Below, one piece after another: positions 1 through 7,600 of a stretch of DNA of 64,000 bases; position 1 is the stretch's first letter; every line of letters starts with the position of its first letter. The notes under the pieces are model-generated. The model made no database searches. It was not told the origin of the DNA and was given only the letters and a program-made list of their open reading frames with translations. The position numbers were made by a program, and so were the translations under genes. The stretch comes from Candidatus Saccharimonadales bacterium (lineage in GTDB: Bacteria > Patescibacteriota > Saccharimonadia > Saccharimonadales > UBA4665). The stretch spans positions 2,226 through 66,225 of the forward strand of contig JAYRNA010000002.1 of assembly GCA_041912375.1 (NCBI GenBank), read 5' to 3'.

Positions 1-480
1 TACTACCTAGCTGCTGCCGTACCGTACGGCGGAGACAATCCTTTGAATCCGATCACCGTGCCGACCTATTCGGCTGCAAATCCGCCAGCGGTAACCTTTT
101 CACAAAATAGCGTCAATTATCTACAAAAAGTACGCTTGATGCTAACCACTAATGTCAATTTCCCGCGTGTCACATCCATGACACCATATGACGGCAGTAT
201 CGCCAGCGGTAATCTGTCAAATCTCAGCTTCACACTGAACGGTGCAAACTTGCCGTGTAGCGCCAATGCCGGCAGCTGCTCAACCCAGGTTAAATTTGTC
301 CAAGGGTCTAACAACTTTGTCGCGTCGTGTACCGGTTCAGCGGCCGGCTTACAACTTAGTTGCACAATAAATCTATCAGCGGCTGTCTCCGGCAATACAC
401 AATTGGTGATTATAACTGGCGGTAACACGTTGACTCTACCCGCCAGTCCTCTCCTAGGAGGTTTCATTGTTAGCCCCTAG
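1..480 (+). CDS. Hypothetical secreted protein, 3' part of a gene that begins upstream of the window (minor-pilin cluster)
   Basis: Frame 1 is open from nt 1 (YYLAAAVPYGGDNPL...), so the 43..480 track ORF (TTG) is probably internal. The protein is Ser/Thr/Asn/Gly-rich with 4 Cys. Its stop overlaps the next, pilin-like gene by 14 nt. No family recognised. Confidence 0.4.
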   Translation, partial: YYLAAAVPYGGDNPLNPITVPTYSAANPPAVTFSQNSVNYLQKVRLMLTTNVNFPRVTSMTPYDGSIASGNLSNLSFTLNGANLPCSANAGSCSTQVKFVQGSNNFVASCTGSAAGLQLSCTINLSAAVSGNTQLVIITGGNTLTLPASPLLGGFIVSP

Positions 481-1075
481 ATTCAATAGCCGCCATCAAG
501 AGGACGGCTTCACGCTTGTCGAGTTGCTGGTGGTGTTGGTGTTGGTAGTAATTTTGTTTGTCAGCTTTGGCACTTTTTTCACCAATTATCTCAATCTGTA
601 TTTTGGTTATCAGAAGGACGCCAATAACTTCGCCGAGTTAGCCAATCAATCGACCAGAATCAGCGATGTGCTGAGAGGAATTGTCGATATTACCTCTGAA
701 AGTAACGATGATATTACGGCCTATGCCTATTTTGCTCCGACCGACACCTATACTTCCGTAGTTCACTATTATCTCAACAGCACTAAGACGGCAATTATGG
801 TCGATGTAACGCCAATGACTGCCAACCCGCCGAACGGAACAGCCATAACGGCTTCCAAAAAAACCTACACTATTGTCAGCAACTACTTTGCCCAACCTGG
901 CGTAAATCTTTTCACCTACTATGACTCGGCAGGGACCATCCTAACGCCACCGGTAGCCAACGAGCATATAATTACTGAAATCACTGTTAATTTATCAGAA
1001 CCAGCCAGCCATACCAGCAAAGGACAACAACTGGCGATAACAGTAAGTTTGCGTAATCGAAAGACCAATCTATGA
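467..1075 (+). CDS. Type IV pilin-like protein (minor pilin/pseudopilin) with prepilin N-terminal cleavage/methylation motif
   Basis: N-terminus ...RHQEDG|FTLVELLVVLVLVVILF matches the G-F-T-L-x-E prepilin peptidase site followed by a hydrophobic helix. AGGAGG at 456..461 lies 5 nt before the TTG start. Confidence 0.75.
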   Translation: MLAPRFNSRHQEDGFTLVELLVVLVLVVILFVSFGTFFTNYLNLYFGYQKDANNFAELANQSTRISDVLRGIVDITSESNDDITAYAYFAPTDTYTSVVHYYLNSTKTAIMVDVTPMTANPPNGTAITASKKTYTIVSNYFAQPGVNLFTYYDSAGTILTPPVANEHIITEITVNLSEPASHTSKGQQLAITVSLRNRKTNL

Positions 1076-1112
1076 CGCTACAAAAATATCGATTTTTTGG
1101 AGGCAAAGCGGC

Positions 1113-2663
1113 ATGATACCAGCACTAATATCCGTTATAATTGCATTTTCGATTATTGCCGTCTCAGTTTCTGAGATTACAATAAGCAATTTTTCGATTG
1201 TTGGAAATACTGTGAAAAGTCAGCAGGCATTCAATATTGCCGAAGCCGGACTGAATTACTATCTCTGGCATCTCAATCATAATAATACCGACTACAAAGA
1301 TGGTCAAAATTCACCGAGTACCCCGGATGCCCAGCTCGGTTACGGTCCTTACGTCCATAATTATATTGATACGAACGGTGTCAATGAGGGTACTTACACG
1401 CTATGGATAAACCCTTCGGGAGCCGGTTCGACAATTGTCACGGTTCGGTCAATCGGGCAGGCCGCCGGCACTAATATTAAACGCACAGTGCAGGCTCAAA
1501 TAGGCTCACCGTCGTTTGCCAGTTACGGCGTGGTTTCGGATACGGCGCTGTGGTTTGGAAACACCGAGACGGCCGACGGTCCAGTCCATTCCAATCAAGG
1601 TATCCGTATGGATGGCCCCAACACTTCAACTGTCAGTAGTGCTAACACAACTTATGTGCCGCCGAATTCTCTCGGCGGAAATGGGGCTAGTCATCCCGGA
1701 GTTTGGTGCAGTAGCAGCGTCACAACACCGGTAGATTGCAATACTAGACCGAAAAGCGACTGGCTATATCCGGTACCAGCTATCGATTTCAATCAAGTGT
1801 CGAGCAGCCTATGCACCATCAAAAAGGTTGCCTTTGCTGCCAATGGCGCGACTGCCGCGCTAGCCTCTCAAGCCAATGCCTGCAGCCAAGTACCAGCGAC
1901 ACGTACTTCGACCTACATCCCTCAGCGAAGTTCTAGTTATAGCTCGACCAGAGGCTATCTGATTCAGCTGAACAGCAACGGCACCTATGACCTTTACCGT
2001 GTTAACTCAGAGAACGACATGCTGACGCCGTACACAAGTGCTCTGGGGCTTCAATCCGTTGCTAGCGGTATTTCTATCCCGTCAGCCGGCGTGATTTATG
2101 TCGAGGACAATGTCTGGGTACGGACTAATCCTGATTATCACGGACGAGTTACGGTAGCCGCTGGCAAGCTGGCCAGCGGCAGCCCGGCCTCTTATGCCAA
2201 TATCACGATCGCCGACGACTTGGTCTATTCAACCAAAAACGGTTCGGATGCTATCGGTCTGGTATCCCAAAACGCTATTCTTTTGGCACCCTATGCCCCG
2301 CCCGCCAGTGGCGCGTTTAACTTTGAAGTTGATGCCGCTGCCTTATCTCAATATGGCCAAGTATGGTACCCAGATGTCTATCGTTCGAATAGTAATCGTT
2401 GCACGCGTGGCTGGACTAACCCCAACCAGCAATTTACCTTCTATGGTTCGGTAGCGACTCGTCAAAGTTGGACTTGGACCTGGCTAAATGGCGGTTGGCC
2501 CTGTGGAGACGCCGCTTACGATGCCAGTAATGGCTATATCTCTGGTATTGAGAATAATACCACTCAGTATGACTACAACCTGGAGTATGCCCCGCCTCCC
2601 AGCTATCCACTGACTGCCGGGTACAACATCCTGTCTTGGCGAGAAGTTTTGACTCACCCCTGA
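1113..2663 (+). CDS. Large pilus-associated protein with PilX-like N-terminal anchor
   Basis: A hydrophobic N-terminal helix (IPALISVIIAFSIIAVSV) is followed by QQAFNIAEAGLNYYLWHL, the pattern of PilX_N-type minor pilus proteins. GGAGG lies upstream. The gene follows a pilin-like gene. Confidence 0.5.
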   Translation: MIPALISVIIAFSIIAVSVSEITISNFSIVGNTVKSQQAFNIAEAGLNYYLWHLNHNNTDYKDGQNSPSTPDAQLGYGPYVHNYIDTNGVNEGTYTLWINPSGAGSTIVTVRSIGQAAGTNIKRTVQAQIGSPSFASYGVVSDTALWFGNTETADGPVHSNQGIRMDGPNTSTVSSANTTYVPPNSLGGNGASHPGVWCSSSVTTPVDCNTRPKSDWLYPVPAIDFNQVSSSLCTIKKVAFAANGATAALASQANACSQVPATRTSTYIPQRSSSYSSTRGYLIQLNSNGTYDLYRVNSENDMLTPYTSALGLQSVASGISIPSAGVIYVEDNVWVRTNPDYHGRVTVAAGKLASGSPASYANITIADDLVYSTKNGSDAIGLVSQNAILLAPYAPPASGAFNFEVDAAALSQYGQVWYPDVYRSNSNRCTRGWTNPNQQFTFYGSVATRQSWTWTWLNGGWPCGDAAYDASNGYISGIENNTTQYDYNLEYAPPPSYPLTAGYNILSWREVLTHP

Positions 2664-2782
2664 TAAACATAGTTACTTCAGGCTGTACCTAAGAGATGAT
2701 AAAAAAGTGTTGCCTATCCAAGCTGTAGTAATTCGCGGAAAGTTTTATCGAAACCGCTCTGAGTGCATTACAATGTACAGAT

Positions 2783-3139
2783 ATGGCTCAGAATCTCTCA
2801 ACAACGACTGGCAGCGGGACACAGACTGCGACCCAGAGTCCACAATCAGCTCAGTCCGGTGGTGGTGTCAATGGTCCTGCCGCTCAGTCGGGCGGTGTCC
2901 AGCCAGGGACAGCCACCGATTTACTTACTACCAGCCAAGGAGGCTTGAAGCTCGGGGGTACGCAGTTGACGACCATCGGTTTGGGTACGACAAGCACCAC
3001 CCAGGAGGCAACAATCCCGAACCAAGTTTCACAGCACCATTTGAACCCTGTTTTGGTAAGTTTGTCGGTGATATTTGTCCTGATAGCGATTGGACTTTTT
3101 TGGCTAGCTAGCCGTTCTGCAAATAGTACAACAGATTGA
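2783..3139 (+). CDS. Hypothetical Thr/Gly/Gln-rich protein with C-terminal transmembrane anchor
   Basis: Low-complexity N-terminal two thirds, with a single C-terminal hydrophobic helix (VLVSLSVIFVLIAIGLFWLA). The overlapping frame 2707..3111 is Trp/Cys/Arg-rich and looks non-coding. No clear SD. Confidence 0.4.
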   Translation: MAQNLSTTTGSGTQTATQSPQSAQSGGGVNGPAAQSGGVQPGTATDLLTTSQGGLKLGGTQLTTIGLGTTSTTQEATIPNQVSQHHLNPVLVSLSVIFVLIAIGLFWLASRSANSTTD

Positions 3140-3225
3140 TATAATTACTGCTTGCAGATTCATAACCATAAACGTTATGATAGGTGTCAGATCGAAAGAA
3201 GTAACCGAACTACAAACTACACAAA

Positions 3226-3253
3226 TTGACAAATATTCATATAAGTGTATAAT
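3226..3253 (+). promoter_or_regulatory. Sigma-70-like promoter (TTGACA-N16-TATAAT) in an AT-rich intergenic region
   Basis: TTGACA at 3226..3231 and TATAAT at 3248..3253, both perfect hexamers. No annotated ORF of 60 aa or more lies downstream on this strand. Confidence 0.35.
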
Positions 3254-3313
3254 AATTCATGTTTCTTGATCACAAACAAAAACCAATATAAACAAAAATT
3301 ACAGGGGTAATGT

Positions 3314-3406
3314 ATGATGAATACCTCAAAGGGGCTTGTATTTGAACTGGTGCCTACGTCAGATCAAAGCATAATTAAGATTGATCGTTTTCTTAAAAAA
3401 ATATAA
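3314..3406 (+). CDS. Possible small ORF (30 aa, MMNTSKGLVFELVPTSDQSIIKIDRFLKKI)
   Basis: ATG at 3314 is preceded by ACAGGGG (3301..3307), about 60 nt downstream of the consensus promoter. Too short to judge by composition. Confidence 0.2.
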   Translation: MMNTSKGLVFELVPTSDQSIIKIDRFLKKI

Positions 3407-3456
3407 TCGGTCATCAAGGCATTAGCCAAAGATCTAGGTTCACGGTCGAGGTATTC

Positions 3457-4119
3457 TTAGTCAGTGTTTGGCTTTTCTGCCGAGGACTGGTAATATTTGT
3501 AGCCAATCATGAATAGCAGTGTCAAACCATAGAATATCCATATGCTACGAAACCAGTCTTCACTCTGGAGCTGGCTGCCAAGCCTAAGACCATGATAAGC
3601 AATCGCAATCATAGCTAGATCCCCGGCTATCAAAACATACTTCCACCAGCCAAATCGTTGACCAAATCGACTAAACTCGAGGGCAATAAGGGTGATCAGA
3701 CTGACTGTCCCGAGCAGAGTTATCCAACCGAGCCCTGGGCTGACGTAGTGGGTATAACTCCCCGGCGGTAGCCCAAAGCCATCCTGGTAACGTTTATAGA
3801 TTAGAATGCCCGGGTGCAGACAGATCAACACCAGGACTACTCGGCTGGTAATATGTGAAAATGTTTTAAGTGTGTCTGGCGCTAAGCCCCACATGTTTCG
3901 AAGGCTGGAGGCACAATATTGTGTCCACATCAGACTGTAGGCCGTTATACCCAGCAACGGGAATACCGGGTAAGCATTAAGCGGAAATATGCGCCAGGCG
4001 TTGCTGCTGCCCCAAGCCGCAACAGCGATAGCGCAGACGACGGCTACTAGAAACCAACTAATTAGCTGACAGCACAACATTTCTTGTTTGTTGACACGTT
4101 CAAGCACCATAGTTAGCAC
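3457..4119 (-). CDS. Polytopic membrane protein, possibly ferric-reductase/MsrQ-like heme-binding domain
   Basis: About six hydrophobic segments. One helix carries H-x12-H (HITSRVVLVLICLH, His residues 13 positions apart), the spacing seen in bis-heme ferric-reductase-type membrane domains. Family not verified. Confidence 0.55.
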   Translation of the reverse strand: MLTMVLERVNKQEMLCCQLISWFLVAVVCAIAVAAWGSSNAWRIFPLNAYPVFPLLGITAYSLMWTQYCASSLRNMWGLAPDTLKTFSHITSRVVLVLICLHPGILIYKRYQDGFGLPPGSYTHYVSPGLGWITLLGTVSLITLIALEFSRFGQRFGWWKYVLIAGDLAMIAIAYHGLRLGSQLQSEDWFRSIWIFYGLTLLFMIGYKYYQSSAEKPNTD

Positions 4120-4275
4120 CTTTCTGTCAATGTATCATACATTGCCATAGTCATTTGAGACATCGAAAAACTGTTATTATGCCGACAGCAGCGCTATAAA
4201 ATGACTGTATCGGATCGAGCCTTAGAAATTATTGCCTTTACTCGAGTATACTGATCAAGTCAGCACTGCAATTGC

Positions 4276-4656
4276 TTAGTTTTTGATGGTAATTGTGCCG
4301 GAGAATGAGGGTTCTAGCTGATCGTGGTAGTGATAAGTTCCGACATCGTCAATCTTGATGGCATAACTATTTCTGGCTTCAATATCGAAAGAATTTAAAT
4401 CGGCTAAACTGCCGTCAGAACTGACTATGTGCCGCGGTGCAGTTTCGTTATTAACAAAAACGATTGTGCTGCCTGGTGTTGCTTGGAGTGACTTAGGGAA
4501 AACTCCCGCGTCATCATCAAGCAGAATTCTGACATGATTAGAGTTCGATTTAACGGTCGCTAGTTGACCACCATCTTTCTGGTAGTTGGTAAGATAGATT
4601 GATACGGCCAATAGAGCTACAAGAGTAAAGATCGCTAGTACAGGTTTCTTCTTCAT
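4276..4656 (-). CDS. Membrane-anchored cupredoxin-like protein lacking a Cys ligand
   Basis: N-terminal anchor MKKKPVLAIFTLVALLAVSIY, then a beta-sandwich-like sequence ending GTYHYHDQLEPSFSGTITIKN. This resembles the C-terminal strand pair of cupredoxin-like domains but has no Cys. It lies 1 nt downstream of the giant gene. Confidence 0.55.
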   Translation of the reverse strand: MKKKPVLAIFTLVALLAVSIYLTNYQKDGGQLATVKSNSNHVRILLDDDAGVFPKSLQATPGSTIVFVNNETAPRHIVSSDGSLADLNSFDIEARNSYAIKIDDVGTYHYHDQLEPSFSGTITIKN

Positions 4657-4657
4657 A

Positions 4658-7600
4658 TCAATCGTCCTCGTTCTTAGGTTCTTGTATCCTGATTATGGTA
4701 TCGGAAAAACTTGTTGCGTCAACGTATAGATTGCGGTCACAGCCGGAACGGCCAGTCCAGTAGTCATTGTCGAAGGCAATAGTTAGTTTGTGCTTTCCGG
4801 AACGTAGGTTTGTCGGTAAATTGTAGGTGTGCCAACCGGCAGTAACTGTCAGACTGCCAACTTTATGCTCATCGACTGTTACGACAGCGTGCGGCGCGCC
4901 GTTACATTGTTCTCCCTGGGCTCGAAGAGTGACGATGGTGGCTGGCCTTTCAAGCTTGAAATCAGCTTTGGCATTGCCATTGACGTAGAAGTTGACGTAT
5001 TTTCCACCACTGGCAGAATTGCTGCTTTTGATGACGAGATGCCTTGATGATAGTTTCATTTTTTCGGTTTCAACAATCTTGCCACTCAGGCTGCTGCCAG
5101 TTCCGCCGCCGTTACTGACGTTTAGATTTATCGGAGTCGTCGCCGCGACTTGACCGTTTTTGCCTACGGCTCTAACTGAAAGCAAGTGATTGCCATTACT
5201 AGTACCAGTCGTTTGCCAGGCAAGACTGATCGAACTCGATGGTGGGTTGAGTACACTTGGACCCTGTTTACCGTCGATGATGAGCATTACTTCAGCGATA
5301 CCACTTGTGGAGGATGCGCTGGCCTTAACAGTGACTGTGCCCGAAACTGTGGCGCCATTAGACGGGCTGCTGAGACTAACTTTCGGTGGATCTTGATTGT
5401 CCGTCTGTTTTGGCTTGGTGGTGGCTGAGGCGGTGTTTGAGTTTTGACTCAGATTGCCAGCGCCATCAAAGGCTTTGACGGTGTAGCTATAGGTCGTACT
5501 GGCTGATAGATTTGTGTCGCCGTAAGAAGTGTCTGATGTCGTGAACACCTCTTTGCTATTTCGGTAAATCTTATAGCCTGCAATACCTGATCCGCCACTG
5601 TCAGTAGAAGCACCCCAGCTTAGATCGATTTGCGTGTCTGTCGATGGGGCAGCTTCCAATTTGGTCGGGGCAGTCGGTGCAATTGTATCTTGGCTAGTTG
5701 GGGTCTGGACTTGGACCGAGCTAGACGGACTACTGAGATTGCCTGAGGTATCAACTGCAGTGACCGTATAAGTGTAATTAGTGTGAGCAGCTAAACCTGT
5801 GTCGGTGAAAGTGGTACCAGTGGCTTCTTGGGAGAGATTTGCTCCGTTGCGAGTGATTATGTATTCGGCAACACCGACATTGTCAGTTGCAGCCTGCCAA
5901 CTTAGGTTGACGGTGGTGGAGTTGACAACACTGGCTGTCAGGCCACTTGGCTTAGAAGGCGGCGTCTTGTCGCCATTACTAACGGAGACAGTCACTAGCG
6001 GTGAGCTACCAACATTGCCGGCTGTGTCCTTGGCCTTTACTTGGATCGTGTGGCTGCCAACGCTGTACTGAGTAGTATTCCAGGAGACGTTGTAGACGCC
6101 AAACGTAGAGCTGAATGATTGGATTATTTTGCCGTCGACTAGAACATCAGCGCCGGTCAAACCAACATTATCCGTGGCTGTTGCCGTGATCGTTACGGTC
6201 CCGGAAACAGTCGAGTTGTTAGCTGGCTGGGAGATGGAGACTACCGGTGGTTTGGTGTCTTTTAGAGTGATAGTGACACAACTTTGCGGACTCTTAAGCC
6301 CAGCACCATCTACAGCGATTGCGCAAATTTGGTGACTGCCGCTATTGGTCGAAGAACTATCCCAGGAAGCAGTGTAGGGCTGTTTGATGGCTGAAGCTAT
6401 GACTGTGCCGTCAAGTGTGAAATCAACTCGGCTAACGCCGCTGCCGCCGGCATTATCGCTGGCCGATGCTGCTAGAGAGATAGGATTACCGACTGTTTGA
6501 TTTGCCGTCGGGGAAGTTAACGTCGCTGTTGGCGGGGTTGTGTCTGGTTGAGTTGTACAATTATCGCCCGTTCCGGTAGGGACACAGCTATCGAGAAGTA
6601 GCATGACGCGGTCGAGCTGAACCCCAGGCTCACGGCCAGTTACCACTAAAGGATGGTTTCCGGCTGTTAGTGTGGCAGACAGCTTGTTTGAGGTAGAGCC
6701 AGCCGCATAATCTACCCACGTCCATTGACCGGCTGGAATCGAACTTGAGTCACCGACCACGGTATCGCACAGGCCATCGGTACGTATGAAAACAGAGTTA
6801 TTGGTAGAGTCTGGCGCCTTTATTCTAGTCCAGATATGATATGGGCCACTCGAAGGCGCAGTAATTGTAGAAGAATCTACTCCGTAAGTCGTCGGCGGAC
6901 CAGTCGGGCAACCGACGGGCTTATTCTGAACATTTACCGTAACGGCGTTTGAAACACCTTTATTGGGTGAAGCCGCGGTATCATAAGCATTTGCAGAAAT
7001 TGTATGGTTACCGTTAGATAGTGTCGTTGTGTCAAGGTTGAAACTGTAGGGTGCAGTGGAGTCAGAGGCTTTTACGTTACCGTCAACCAGGAAGTCAACT
7101 CGCGCTACGGCGACATTGTCACTAGCAGCTGCATTTACGGCTACACTAGCGCTGACTGTTGAGCCACTGGCTGGTGAGCTGATGCTTACGGTTGGCGCAG
7201 TGGTATCACCACCGCCCCCACCCCCACCCCCACCGCGGGTGAATACGGACAGCTGGCTTTCTGGTGCGTGCACAGCTTGACCGGTGGTACCAATAAGTCG
7301 TGTACCGAGCATTTGCTCCCAGGTCAATAGGGCGCCGTAGTGGCTAGTATTGGGCGAGATTGTTCCGGGGACTACGGATGGTGCGATCTGAACATTGGGA
7401 ATAGGTGTATCCTCATCCCAAACCCAGAAAACCGCTGTCTCACCAGCTTTATATACGGCACTATTGAATATTTGCGGGAAGAATCCGGCGGCCCAGTTAT
7501 CGGCATTCGAAACGATGTTACTGACTGAGCTACAGCTGTGGCCATTGTGGCAGTTATCTGGCAGCACTATAGAGAAATCTGGGAGTGAGTTATTGTTTAG

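Noticed and set aside
2707-3111. 134-aa ORF overlapping the 2783..3139 ORF in another frame (also 2763..2948).
   Set aside because: Its Trp/Cys/Arg-rich composition is atypical of the window. The alternative frame gives a coherent low-complexity protein with a terminal TM.
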